From an uncultured Candidatus Actinomarina sp. (GTDB lineage: Bacteria; Actinomycetota; Acidimicrobiia; Actinomarinales; Actinomarinaceae): a stretch of DNA of 64,000 nt. The translations under genes were made by a program, and so were the position numbers. Below are positions 1-9,963 of the stretch, in pieces (the first letter of the stretch is position 1; each line of letters opens with the position of its first letter). Under the pieces are notes generated by a model that saw only the letters and a program-made list of their open reading frames with translations, was not told the DNA's origin and did no database searches. The stretch is from assembly GCA_902634185.1 (NCBI GenBank), contig CACPJC010000002.1, forward strand, positions 138,538-202,537. The letters are read 5' to 3'.

Positions 1-75
1 CCGTTTTTATGGCAGTATTTTTTAGCCATTCATGATATTCAAATAATTTATCTTGATGATTTTTAAAGTCGTCTA

Positions 76-99
76 AACCCCACTCTGGTATCTGGGGTT
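76..99 (-). terminator. Possible intrinsic terminator after jag
   Basis: AACCCCA/TGGGGTT inverted repeat just past the jag stop; U-tract is short. Confidence 0.35.
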
Positions 100-105
100 C
101 AAAAT

Positions 106-858
106 TCATTCTTCTTCGTTGCTACTAGGTGCAAAAACTACTGATCTATATGGCTCTCTACCTTCAGAATATGATCTAATTCCATCTATTTCTGCAACAG
201 CATCATGAAGGGTCTTTCTGTCTACAGAGTTCATTGGTTCGAGCATAACTTCCTGTTTGTCCTCTAATATTTGTTTAGTAAGTCTCTCAGCATAAATTGT
301 TAGAGCCTCTTTCCTTTTTAAAGCATAATCTGCCACATCAAGTCTTAGTCTTGTTCCAGCACCTGTTTTTCTTTGAACTGCTGTTCGTGTTAGTTCATGA
401 AGTGACCGAATAATAATTCCTTTTTCCCCTACAAGGGCTTCGGTTTGTTCTCCTTTAACGTTTACAACAAGATTTTTATCTTCAACTTCCCCTTCAACTT
501 TTCCATCAAGCCCAAAAGAGTCAATTAGTCCTTGTAAAAAGTCAACTGATACCTTTAATTGTTCATTGGGGTCTGCTTCAACCCTTGGTTTTTTTGGCTC
601 ATAGCTTCTTTTTTCTCTTTTTCTATTGTCTCTTTTGTTCCTTTGTTTGTATTGTCTTGAGTTATTGTTTTTAAACCCAGATCTAACTGAGATTCTTACA
701 AGGGCTTTTGTTCCTCCAACTCCAAAAACTCCGCCTTCGGGTTCGCGTAAAATACCTATGTTGGCTTCAGTTGCATCCTCTAAATTAAGCTCTTTCAAAC
801 CTGCTTTAATTGCATCATCAATGGTTTTTGCTTCAACCTCTACCCATTTGTCTGACAT
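106..858 (-). CDS. jag: Jag/EloR (KhpB) RNA-binding protein (Jag-N, KH, R3H)
   Basis: N-terminal EAKTIDDAI..GL..L Jag domain, KH-like LVGEKG, R3H RKTLH; follows yidC. Confidence 0.93.
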   Translation of the reverse strand: MSDKWVEVEAKTIDDAIKAGLKELNLEDATEANIGILREPEGGVFGVGGTKALVRISVRSGFKNNNSRQYKQRNKRDNRKREKRSYEPKKPRVEADPNEQLKVSVDFLQGLIDSFGLDGKVEGEVEDKNLVVNVKGEQTEALVGEKGIIIRSLHELTRTAVQRKTGAGTRLRLDVADYALKRKEALTIYAERLTKQILEDKQEVMLEPMNSVDRKTLHDAVAEIDGIRSYSEGREPYRSVVFAPSSNEEE

Positions 859-1676
859 TATTTTCTCCTTCTTTTTTTTCTGTTTTTGCGAGGATCTTCT
901 TGCTGCTTGGTTTCTGGTGTTTCCTCGTTCTCTTCGTTATCTTTTTCAGTTTTATCACTTTTGTCCTCTTTGTCTTCTATGCGAATAATTAAGGCTTGTT
1001 GACCAATTCTGAAAATATTTCCTGTTAAGAAATATACGACAAGACCTGAAGGCAAAGTCCAGGAAATGAACCCGAAAAATATTGGCATAACCTTTCCAAT
1101 CATTTGCATTTGCTGTGCTTGTGGGTTGTCGCTTTTTCCTTGTTTCTTTGTAATTTGTTGTTGTTGAAATAGTGCGGTTGCAACAACCATTAAAATAAGA
1201 ACAATGTATGGAACTCTTTCTACCCATCCTGATATTTCAGATGCAGGTATTTGAAGATCCATGTTAAAGAAAAGAATGTTTATATTGTTTTCTAGATCTG
1301 AAAATAGAGATTCAGATTTTGGTATAAACAAGAGCGGTTCTCTCAACACTCTAAACAAAGCAAACCAAACTGGCATTTGTACCAATAAAGGAACAACGCA
1401 ACCAAGCGGGTTGATTCCTTTTTCTTTGTAAAAAGCTGCTATTTCTTTGTTTAATTCTTCTTTATTGTCTTTATGTTTTTTCTGTAACTTCTTTAGCTCT
1501 GGTTGAACATCTTGCATTCTTTTGGTAGACCTCGTCTGCCTAAGAGTTAGTGGGAAAATAATTATATTAATTATGACCGTCAAAATGGCTATAGAAATCC
1601 CATAGGAGGGGACATATCCGTAAACAAATGATAGCAAAAAGCCAATAGCTAGTGCAAAAGGTTCAATTATTGCCAA
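858..1676 (-). CDS. yidC: Membrane protein insertase YidC
   Basis: PLT.RQ.RS..RMQ..QP.LKKLQ, GINPLGC..P.L.QMP and LPSGL..Y motifs. Confidence 0.96.
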   Translation of the reverse strand: MAIIEPFALAIGFLLSFVYGYVPSYGISIAILTVIINIIIFPLTLRQTRSTKRMQDVQPELKKLQKKHKDNKEELNKEIAAFYKEKGINPLGCVVPLLVQMPVWFALFRVLREPLLFIPKSESLFSDLENNINILFFNMDLQIPASEISGWVERVPYIVLILMVVATALFQQQQITKKQGKSDNPQAQQMQMIGKVMPIFFGFISWTLPSGLVVYFLTGNIFRIGQQALIIRIEDKEDKSDKTEKDNEENEETPETKQQEDPRKNRKKRRRK

Positions 1677-1879
1677 TTTTTACCAAACTTTCTATATACG
1701 GGATTACATTTATAAACCCTTTCTATAAAAACAGGAAGAGTCCTAATTAAACCTTTGTTTTCAAAGCTTTCTCTTATCGCGTTCGAACAGGTTGGGTAAT
1801 ATAAACAATTTCCCTGACCAATGCCAAAGAGCCCGAGCAGTGAACGAAACACTGTAAACAAAATGTTTGTAATCTTCAT
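1667..1879 (-). CDS. yidD: Membrane protein insertion efficiency factor YidD
   Basis: C.YYPTCS...R..KCNP motif; lies between rnpA and yidC. Confidence 0.85.
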   Translation of the reverse strand: MKITNILFTVFRSLLGLFGIGQGNCLYYPTCSNAIRESFENKGLIRTLPVFIERVYKCNPVYRKFGKNWQ

Positions 1880-2199
1880 TTTTTAATTAGTTTGGGATGA
1901 GAAGAAATTATTTTTTGTATTTCTAAAATCTTTAAATTTAAGTTTTGTTTTGATCCAATAATATAAATATCAAAACTTTCTTTATCTTCTAAACCCCTAA
2001 CTGCCTCTTTAATCCTTCTTTTAAATTTATTACGTTCTACTGCGGTTGTCTGCTTACTTGAGATGCTTATACCAAGTCTTGAAACTTTTTCTTGGTTTTT
2101 CTCTATATAAACCCTTAATCCTTTTTCAGTAAAACAATTTGTTTCTTTTTTCAGTCTGAAAAAATCATTTTTCTTATTCAGTGCAGTAAATCTAACCAA
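1876..2199 (-). CDS. rnpA: RNase P protein component
   Basis: RLGISISSK..TAVERNKFKRRIKE (RNR-like motif); canonical position. Confidence 0.92.
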   Translation of the reverse strand: MVRFTALNKKNDFFRLKKETNCFTEKGLRVYIEKNQEKVSRLGISISSKQTTAVERNKFKRRIKEAVRGLEDKESFDIYIIGSKQNLNLKILEIQKIISSHPKLIKK

Positions 2200-2204
2200 T
2201 TAGC

Positions 2205-2339
2205 TTATGCAGAAAGTGTTTTTCTACCTTTTCTTCTTCTTCTTTTAAGAATTTCTCTGCCAGCTCTGGTGCTCATTCTCGATCTAAAACCGTGTTTTCT
2301 ACTTCTTTTTCTATTACTAGGTTGATAAGTTCTTTTCAT
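2205..2339 (-). CDS. rpmH: 50S ribosomal protein L34 (not in ORF track)
   Basis: Manual translation [44 protein letters not shown]. Confidence 0.98.
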   Translation of the reverse strand: MKRTYQPSNRKRSRKHGFRSRMSTRAGREILKRRRRKGRKTLSA

Positions 2340-2410
2340 TTTTCTTCCTGTTTAAACACAATATATTAAAAAATTATTTAAACAAAGTAAATTAATATTT
2401 AATTTAAAAG

Positions 2411-2446
2411 TTCGCGAAAACAAAACCATCTTCGCGAAAACAAAAC
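2411..2446. repeat. 16-bp direct repeat TTCGCGAAAACAAAAC x2 (20-bp period) containing palindrome TTCGCGAA
   Basis: Exact copies at 2411-2426 and 2431-2446. Confidence 0.9.
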
Positions 2447-2610
2447 TAACTAGGTTTTATAATATGAAATTCACTTATTATTTTTCTTATTATTTCCTCT
2501 AATAAACTCAACAATCGTTGGGTTTTTAGTTGGTGTGTGTTTGTTTTCTAAAAATTAATATGTTTTTACCACTCTATGATTTCCGAAGAGGTTTTATTAG
2601 ATTGTTCAGA

Positions 2611-3915
2611 ATGAGTAATTTACTTAAAGAGTTTAAATCTGAAATACACAAACTAGATTTATCTAAAACTGAAAGATATTGGTTAGAACAAGTAAATTTT
2701 GAAATTGACAATGAGTCTTTAAGTATTTTCGTAGGATCAGACTTTGTAAAATCATCAATTGAGAAAAAACTATATAAAAAAATCAAAAAAACATTCAACA
2801 TAAGCACGGGATTTAAAGAATGTGTTTTTGTTTTGGATAAGAATATGAAAAAAGACTTTCAAGCCTATGAATTTGAAGAAAAAAATGAAGATCTATTAAA
2901 AAATCAAGAAGAGATAAAAAAAGTTCAGCCTGATTTATCTGTTTTTGACGAGATGTTTGTCGGCTCCTCTAATAATCTTTCAGTAACGGCAGCAAAAAAT
3001 GTTGTTAAAGATCCTGGTGGACGTTTTAACCCTCTTTTTGTTTATGGATCTCCGGGGGTTGGTAAAACACACCTTCTAAAAACTATTGAAAAAGCTCACC
3101 CCTCTTCTTTTTATATTGATTCTGAATCTTTTTTAGATTCATATATTCAAGGAATAAAAAATAAAGATATAGATATATTTAAATCAAAAATAAGGTCTGT
3201 CGAAATTTTACTAGTAGATGATATTCAGTTTTTTATGGGTAAAAAGGGTGTTTCAGAGGAGCTTTTCCACACTATTAATTATTTTTTAAACAATCAGAAA
3301 GCGGTTGTTTTGGTTTCAGATCAAAAACCAAATAAACTTTTAGGCTTTCCGGGTCGCCTAATTTCAAGAATTTTAAACGGTTTAGTTACTGACATTGAAA
3401 AACCTGATGAAGAAATGTTTCTTAAAGCAATTGAGAAAGCAAATGTTGAACAGGGCGGTTATTTGCTTTCTAAGGAAGAGATTAAAAAAATAAGTGGGTT
3501 AAGGGTAGATAGTTTTAGAGATATAAACGGAATTGTTAACCAACTCTTAATAAATAAACAAACAGGAAAGGGTAATTTCGATTATATTAAGGAGTTGACT
3601 TCTGTTTCTAAGTCGGGATTTGTAGAGTCTGTTGGTCCTGATCAAATATTAGATTACGTTTCAAAGGTTTTTCAAGTTGATAAAAACCTCATATCTTCAA
3701 AAAACAGAACATCGAAGGTTAATGAGTCTAGGAGGCTTTTTGCATCTCTGGCAAGGAAACATACAGACCTATCATTAAATCAAATAGGTTTGTATCTTGG
3801 TGGAAGAAGCCACTCAACAGTTTTAAGCTATATTGATAAATCTAAAGACTCACCTTTAGTTATCAAAGAAATAAACAATTTCGACAGTTCACTCTCAATA
3901 AAAGAGGTTGGTTGA
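2611..3915 (+). CDS. dnaA: Chromosomal replication initiator DnaA
   Basis: FNPLFVYGSPGVGKTHLL Walker A, LLVDDIQF Walker B, domain IV; start moved to ATG 2611 (TAGATT -10 just upstream) from ORF start 2530. Confidence 0.96.
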   Translation: MSNLLKEFKSEIHKLDLSKTERYWLEQVNFEIDNESLSIFVGSDFVKSSIEKKLYKKIKKTFNISTGFKECVFVLDKNMKKDFQAYEFEEKNEDLLKNQEEIKKVQPDLSVFDEMFVGSSNNLSVTAAKNVVKDPGGRFNPLFVYGSPGVGKTHLLKTIEKAHPSSFYIDSESFLDSYIQGIKNKDIDIFKSKIRSVEILLVDDIQFFMGKKGVSEELFHTINYFLNNQKAVVLVSDQKPNKLLGFPGRLISRILNGLVTDIEKPDEEMFLKAIEKANVEQGGYLLSKEEIKKISGLRVDSFRDINGIVNQLLINKQTGKGNFDYIKELTSVSKSGFVESVGPDQILDYVSKVFQVDKNLISSKNRTSKVNESRRLFASLARKHTDLSLNQIGLYLGGRSHSTVLSYIDKSKDSPLVIKEINNFDSSLSIKEVG

Positions 3916-4033
3916 TTCTTTGTCGGTTTTGTTGTCTTTTTGCTCCTCCAAAATCCTTTTTGTAAATTGGTTTTTTTTTCTATTTATACATGTCAGACGT
4001 TCTTATTACTATTAAATTTATAAAAGATTAAAT

Positions 4034-5149
4034 ATGAAGTTTAAAACACAAACAAGCGTATTAAAGGAAGTAGTTTCTTCTGTTTCTCGAGTTGTTAATC
4101 CCAGACCTTCAACACCCGCCCTAACAGGTCTTTATCTTCACGCTTCAGACGGTTTTCTAGAGGTTATAGGTTCTGATCTGGATATAACAATTAAGTCAAA
4201 GATAGTTGTTGACGTAGATGTTGAAGGAAAGTGTCTTGTTAATTCAAATAAACTATCAGAAATTGTAAGAAAACTTCCCGAGGGAGAGATTGTCTTTTCT
4301 GATGTAGGAAGTGAATTAAAAATAGAAACCAAATCATTAGACTTCACTTTAAGAAAACTGGAAGACCAGGACTATCCAGAAGCATTCTTGAAAAAACACG
4401 AAAAAGACGATCAAACACAAGAAGTGTTGGTTTCAGAGTTGTTTGATTCGTTGAAGAACGTAGGTATTGCTTCTACTCCAGAGGGTGGAAGACCCGTGTT
4501 AACAGGTGTTTATTTCAACAATCAAGACGAAAAAACAGAACTAGCAGCAACAGACAGTTATAGATTAGCCACACAACAAATTAGCAACTTCCCAATAAAC
4601 GATGTGGGAATTATTTCATTTAAATCGTTAAGTGAAGTAATTAGGCTTTTTGAAAATGAAGAAGAAACACTAAACATTAATTCAAACGAAAAAGATCTTT
4701 ACTTTTTTAATGACAAATACTTTGCCTCATTAAGAAAAGTAGAAGGAACTTTTCCAGAATATCAAAACCTTTTTCCAAAAGAAACACTGTTTACAGCAGA
4801 GATTGACAAGAAAGAAATATTAGAAAGTCTTGATCGCTCTACTGTCGTTGCTGAGGGGTATATACCCGTAACCTTTATTTTTGAAAACAACGAAAAATTA
4901 ACAATCACCACACTTAATAAAGACGTTGGTGGTGGAAACGAAAGCTTAAATATAAATATTCTTGGTGTTGAAACAGGGGATATAAACGGCTTTCAAATGT
5001 CTTTCAATCCGAATTTCTTAATTCAAGGCATCGAAGTTTTAGAAGGCAACAAGGTTTACATTAGATTCTCTGGAAACGAAAAACCGGTAGTAGTACAAGG
5101 AGAATCAGAGAACTATAAATATCTCTTAATGCCAGTAAGAGCCTCGTGA
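4034..5149 (+). CDS. dnaN: DNA polymerase III beta clamp
   Basis: RPVLTGV, ATDSYRLA, C-terminal YLLMPVR. Confidence 0.97.
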   Translation: MKFKTQTSVLKEVVSSVSRVVNPRPSTPALTGLYLHASDGFLEVIGSDLDITIKSKIVVDVDVEGKCLVNSNKLSEIVRKLPEGEIVFSDVGSELKIETKSLDFTLRKLEDQDYPEAFLKKHEKDDQTQEVLVSELFDSLKNVGIASTPEGGRPVLTGVYFNNQDEKTELAATDSYRLATQQISNFPINDVGIISFKSLSEVIRLFENEEETLNINSNEKDLYFFNDKYFASLRKVEGTFPEYQNLFPKETLFTAEIDKKEILESLDRSTVVAEGYIPVTFIFENNEKLTITTLNKDVGGGNESLNINILGVETGDINGFQMSFNPNFLIQGIEVLEGNKVYIRFSGNEKPVVVQGESENYKYLLMPVRAS

Positions 5150-5436
5150 AACAAGCAAGTGGACCTGAAAAAATAAACATTGAAGAAAACAGTGTTGGAA
5201 TAAATTTTAAAAAATCAGAACAAGTTAAAAAACACCTTAATAACTCTTCCTACCCCTGGAAGGACGAAATATCTTCAGGACCAGTAATTAACGATAGCCT
5301 TGTAATTTATGTGGACTCAAAAAGACTAAAAGACATAATCGAACTGGAGTCTCTAAAAATAATCAACAATATAGAAAAAAAGCTTGGATTTTCGGTGAAT
5401 TCTATACGTGTTGAATTGCAAAATAGCCAACAATAA
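5146..5436 (+). CDS. Probable DciA/DUF721-like helicase loader
   Basis: Sits between dnaN and gyrB as in Actinobacteria; W....S.P.....L.IYV.S pattern; divergent. Confidence 0.5.
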   Translation: MKQASGPEKINIEENSVGINFKKSEQVKKHLNNSSYPWKDEISSGPVINDSLVIYVDSKRLKDIIELESLKIINNIEKKLGFSVNSIRVELQNSQQ

Positions 5437-5513
5437 TAACGTATTTCTACTAAAATAAGAGTTCAGCAAGGGGCTGTACTTAATATAAAAAAGAAGCGTA
5501 TCTTAGGAGATCC

Positions 5514-7436
5514 GTGCCAAAAAAAGATTCAAAAAGCTATGATTCTAAAGACATAAAGGTCTTAGAAGGTCTAGAAGCGGTAAGAAAAAGACCAGCAATG
5601 TATATTGGTTCGACCGGACCAAACGGCCTCCACCATCTAATTTGGGAAGTTGTGGACAACTCTGTTGATGAGGCAATGGCGGGAAGGTGTACTCAAATTG
5701 ATGTAATGCTTGAAAAAAACGGCTCAGTCACAGTAAAAGACAATGGAAGCGGAATACCCGTAAAGCCCCACCCTAAAACAAAAAAATCTGCCCTAACAAC
5801 CGTCTTAACAACACTACATGCTGGAGGAAAGTTTGAGTCAGGAGCCTACACAGTAAGCGGCGGTCTACACGGAGTTGGTATTTCGGTAGTAAACGCACTT
5901 TCTGTTTTTGTGAAGGTTGAGGTAGAAAGGGACGGACATGTATGGAATCAAAATTTTGATTACGGAAAGCCCACTTCAAAAATTAAAAAAGGAAAAGCTT
6001 CCAAAAAAACAGGAACAAAAATAAACTTCTTGGCTGATCCAGAAATATTTGATGAAACACAGGTTTTCGAATACAACATTGTTTCGGAAAGATTGAGACA
6101 AACAGCATTTTTAAACAAAGGCCTCAAGATTAACCTAACTGACAACAGAGTAAAACCAGCAACAAAAGAACAGTTCTTTTATAAAGGTGGTTTAGTTGAT
6201 TTTGTTGATTATTTAAATGAGGGGTTTGAGGTTCTTCATGAAAAAACAATTTCATTTTCAGATCAAAGCAAGGACTCCGAAATAGAAGTTGCAATGCAGT
6301 GGAAAAACGAAGACGACGTAAATATAAAAAGCTTTGCAAACAACATACATACTCTTGAAGGAGGAACTCACGAAGAAGGTCTTAGAACAGCAGTTACTAA
6401 AGCAATAAACGATTTTGCTAAATCTAGAAATCTTCACTCTGATATTTCTTTAACAGGCGATGATATAAGAGAAGGCTTAACAGGTGTTGTTTCTGTAAGG
6501 GTGAAAGAACCACAATTTGAAGGCCAAACAAAAACAAAACTTGGGAACACCGAAATGAAATCTAAAGTACAAGTATTAGTAAACCAAGAATTTCCAAAAT
6601 GGCTTTCAAAAAATACAAAAGAAGGACGAGCTATTGTCGAGAGGTGCGCTATTGCGGCAAAAGCAAGAATGAGTGCAAAGAAAGCAAGAGAGCTTACTAA
6701 AAGAAAAAGCATACTTGAAACATCAGGCCTTCCAGGAAAGCTGGCAGACTGTTCTTCAACAGATCCATCAGAAAGTGAATTATTTATTGTAGAGGGAGAT
6801 TCTGCTGCTGGTCCCGCCAAGCAAGCAAGAGACTCAAGAACGCAAGCAATTCTTCCAATTAGAGGAAAAATTATTAATGTTCAAAAAGTTACAGAGAACA
6901 GAGCTTTACAAAATGAAGAAATAAGTTCTCTTATCAAGGCAATCGGAACAGGAATAAAAGCCGAATATAAAGGAGAAGAATCAAGGTATGACAAAATTAT
7001 ATTTTTAACAGATGCAGACGTTGATGGTGCCCACATTAGAACCTTGTTGTTAACATTCTTCTTTAAATTTATGCCCGGACTCATTAAAGAAGGAAAGGTT
7101 TGGATCTCCGAACCTCCACTTTATAGAGCTAAGTCTTCTGGTTCAATAAATTATTTGAAAGACGATCAAGCCCTTGAAAATTTTAAAAAAGAAAACAAAA
7201 ATAAGAAATTTGATATCAGCAGATTTAAAGGTCTTGGAGAAATGAACGCAGGAGAGCTTTGGGACACTGCAATGAATCCAGAAAGTAGAACTCTTATAAA
7301 AGTAAGCATTGCTGATGGAAAGGCAGCTGAAGCTAGAGCAGCAAACATGTTTGAAATACTAATGGGTAACGACGTTGCAAAAAGAAAGACTTTCATTGAG
7401 GAAAACGCCAAAGATGTAAGGTTCTTGGACGTATAA
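5514..7436 (+). CDS. gyrB: DNA gyrase subunit B
   Basis: LEAVRKRPAMYIG, SGGLHGVG, VEGDSA, DADVDG, RFKGLGEM. Confidence 0.98.
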   Translation: MPKKDSKSYDSKDIKVLEGLEAVRKRPAMYIGSTGPNGLHHLIWEVVDNSVDEAMAGRCTQIDVMLEKNGSVTVKDNGSGIPVKPHPKTKKSALTTVLTTLHAGGKFESGAYTVSGGLHGVGISVVNALSVFVKVEVERDGHVWNQNFDYGKPTSKIKKGKASKKTGTKINFLADPEIFDETQVFEYNIVSERLRQTAFLNKGLKINLTDNRVKPATKEQFFYKGGLVDFVDYLNEGFEVLHEKTISFSDQSKDSEIEVAMQWKNEDDVNIKSFANNIHTLEGGTHEEGLRTAVTKAINDFAKSRNLHSDISLTGDDIREGLTGVVSVRVKEPQFEGQTKTKLGNTEMKSKVQVLVNQEFPKWLSKNTKEGRAIVERCAIAAKARMSAKKARELTKRKSILETSGLPGKLADCSSTDPSESELFIVEGDSAAGPAKQARDSRTQAILPIRGKIINVQKVTENRALQNEEISSLIKAIGTGIKAEYKGEESRYDKIIFLTDADVDGAHIRTLLLTFFFKFMPGLIKEGKVWISEPPLYRAKSSGSINYLKDDQALENFKKENKNKKFDISRFKGLGEMNAGELWDTAMNPESRTLIKVSIADGKAAEARAANMFEILMGNDVAKRKTFIEENAKDVRFLDV

Positions 7437-7437
7437 C

Positions 7438-9963
7438 ATGGCAGCAAAGAAAACAGCAGCAAAGAAAACAGCAGCAAAGAAACCAGCAGCAAAGAAAACA
7501 GCAGCAAAGAAATCGAAAACCGCTACTGCTACAAAGAAAAAACCAACAATTAAATCTGATACACTAAACGGTTCAATTGCTGTTGAAGATGAAATATCTA
7601 AGTCATTCTTAGATTATGCTATGTCGGTTATTGTTTCCAGAGCTCTTCCAGATGTAAAGGACGGATTAAAACCAGTACAAAGAAGAATTTTATATTCAAT
7701 GTATGAAACAGGAATTAGACCAACAGGACCTTTCAGAAAGTGTTCAAAGGTTGTAGGTGATGTTATGGGTAACTATCATCCACATGGAAACGACGCTATA
7801 TACGGAACCTTAGTAAGATTGGGACAAAATTTTAGTACTAGATACCCCCTGATTGAACCACAGGGTAACTTTGGAACCCCCGACGACCCACCTGCTGCTA
7901 TGAGATATACAGAGTCTAGAATGTCTTCCCTGTCTTCACAGCTATTAGATGGGATTGACGAAGAGACAGTAGACTTTGAGCCTAATTATTCCGGAGAGAC
8001 AAGCGAACCAAAAGTATTACCTGGAAGATTTCCAAACCTTTTAATTAATGGAGCTGAGGGTATCGCAGTTGCTATGGCAACAAATATGCCACCCTACAAC
8101 CTGAAAGAGATTACAGAGGCAGTTAAATTTACATTAAAAACAAAAGACCCCAAACCACGAGATTATTTAAAAATAATAAAAGGTCCAGATTTTCCTACAG
8201 GAGGATTAATTGTAGATACCCCCACGATAAAAGAAGCAATACTTAAAGGTAGAGGGTCTATAAAACTTCGAGCTGTTGCAGACATAGAAGAATTAGGAAA
8301 AGGTAGATCTGCAATTATTGTTAAAGAGCTTCCGTATCAGGCTTCAATTGACAGAATTATGGAAAAAATAGCATCTTTGGTTCAGGACAAAAAATTAACC
8401 GGAGTCTCAGACTTAAGGAATGAAAGTAGTGACAGAAACGGAACCAGACTCGTTGTTGAGTTAAAGAGAGACGCCGTACCACAAGTTGTGTTAAATGATC
8501 TTTTTAAATTTACACAACTTCAAGATACTTTTTCAGTTAATTCAGTAGCCCTTGTTGAAGGAGTGCCTAAAGTACTATCGGTTCCCGAACTTATTAGATA
8601 CTACATTGATCATCAAATAGATGTAATTCAAAGAAGATCTAAATACAGACTTGAAAAGGCAAAAGCACGGTTACATATCGTTGATGGCTTATTGCTTGCA
8701 TTGAATAAAATCGATCAAATAATAAAAGTCATTAAATCTTCCAAAGATGTGGAGGTAGCAAGAAAATCACTGATGAGTAAATTTAAATTATCAGAAATTC
8801 AGGCAACACACATCCTTGATATGCCCCTAAGAAGGTTAACTGCATTGGAAAAAGAAAAGCTCGAAGATGAAAAGAAAGAACTCAAAGAAACAATTAAAGA
8901 CCTTACAGCAATATTAAAAAGTAGAGCGAAACAAAATCAAATACTTATTGAAGAGCTTGATGCAATAACAGACAAGTTTGGTGATGAAAGAAGATCCAGA
9001 ATTGTTCCAGATGTTGGCGAGGTAAAAATTGAAGATTTAATTGAAGACGAGGAAATTATTGTTTCCATCTCATCTGAAGGTTATATAAAATCAGTTCCTT
9101 CAACCTCCTATAAAAAACAAGGTAGAGGAGGCAAGGGTGTTAAAGCAGCTTCTTCAGAGGAAGACGTAATTGAGCACCTCCTTTCAACATCTGTTCACTC
9201 TTATTTACTTTTCTTTACAGACAACGGAAAAGTATACAGAGCCAAGGCACATGAAATTCCAAAAACAAATAGGACTGCAAAAGGATCTTTAATTCACAAT
9301 GTACTTTCAATGGGACAAGATGAAAAAGTTCAGGCAATAATTGACACAAGGGACTATGAAACAGAAAAATTCTTATTAATAATGACTGAGAAAGGAACGG
9401 TAAAAAAATCAAAATTTAAAGATTTTGATTCAAACTATAAATCATTACAAGCCATAAAGCTAAAGGATGGTGACAAAGTTGTTTCTGTAAAAACAACGTC
9501 TGGGAAAGAAGACATAATACTTGTTTCCCAGAAGGGACAAGCAATAAGATTTGATGAAAACAATCTTAAAGCCCAAGGTAGATCAGCAATGGGAGTTAGA
9601 GGAATAAAACTTCGTGAAGGGGACAAGGTTGTAGGTGCAGCAACATCCAGAGAGGAAACACTCTTATTTATTACGGCCAAAGGGTATGGAAAGCGTACAA
9701 AATTAGATGAATTCAGAAGAGCTGGAAGAGGAGGACTCGGAGTCAAGGCTCTTAAGGTTACGGAAGCCAAAGGAGATTTAATTGGCGCAGGACCCGTTGA
9801 TGAAGATACAGAGGTTATGCTTATGAGTACTGGTGGAACAGCAATAAGATGTGCTGTAAAACAAATAAAACAAATGAGTAGAGTTGCTCAAGGAGTAAAG
9901 GTTATGAAGCTTTCAAAAGAAGAAGAAATATCTGCCTTTATTCCAATTAAAAATGAATCGTAA
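7438..9963 (+). CDS. gyrA: DNA gyrase subunit A with Lys/Ala-rich N-terminal extension
   Basis: RALPDVKDGLKPVQRR, AAMRYTE catalytic Tyr, GyrA-box QGRGGKG, beta-pinwheel CTD. Confidence 0.98.
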   Translation: MAAKKTAAKKTAAKKPAAKKTAAKKSKTATATKKKPTIKSDTLNGSIAVEDEISKSFLDYAMSVIVSRALPDVKDGLKPVQRRILYSMYETGIRPTGPFRKCSKVVGDVMGNYHPHGNDAIYGTLVRLGQNFSTRYPLIEPQGNFGTPDDPPAAMRYTESRMSSLSSQLLDGIDEETVDFEPNYSGETSEPKVLPGRFPNLLINGAEGIAVAMATNMPPYNLKEITEAVKFTLKTKDPKPRDYLKIIKGPDFPTGGLIVDTPTIKEAILKGRGSIKLRAVADIEELGKGRSAIIVKELPYQASIDRIMEKIASLVQDKKLTGVSDLRNESSDRNGTRLVVELKRDAVPQVVLNDLFKFTQLQDTFSVNSVALVEGVPKVLSVPELIRYYIDHQIDVIQRRSKYRLEKAKARLHIVDGLLLALNKIDQIIKVIKSSKDVEVARKSLMSKFKLSEIQATHILDMPLRRLTALEKEKLEDEKKELKETIKDLTAILKSRAKQNQILIEELDAITDKFGDERRSRIVPDVGEVKIEDLIEDEEIIVSISSEGYIKSVPSTSYKKQGRGGKGVKAASSEEDVIEHLLSTSVHSYLLFFTDNGKVYRAKAHEIPKTNRTAKGSLIHNVLSMGQDEKVQAIIDTRDYETEKFLLIMTEKGTVKKSKFKDFDSNYKSLQAIKLKDGDKVVSVKTTSGKEDIILVSQKGQAIRFDENNLKAQGRSAMGVRGIKLREGDKVVGAATSREETLLFITAKGYGKRTKLDEFRRAGRGGLGVKALKVTEAKGDLIGAGPVDEDTEVMLMSTGGTAIRCAVKQIKQMSRVAQGVKVMKLSKEEEISAFIPIKNES
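7441..7512 (+). repeat. 15-bp tandem repeat GCAGCAAAGAAAACA (~4.8 copies) encoding AAKKT
   Basis: Visible directly; one copy ends in CCA (AAKKP). Confidence 0.95.

Larger units (their letters stand above)
2340..4033. other. Probable oriC region (AT-rich spacers flanking dnaA: 2340-2610 and 3916-4033)
   Basis: Inferred from rpmH-dnaA-dnaN synteny and AT-rich spacers; no perfect TTATCCACA box seen. Confidence 0.5.

Noticed and set aside
1-29. Possible gene start on the minus strand at the left edge (MAKKYCHKN)
   Set aside because: Too short to support
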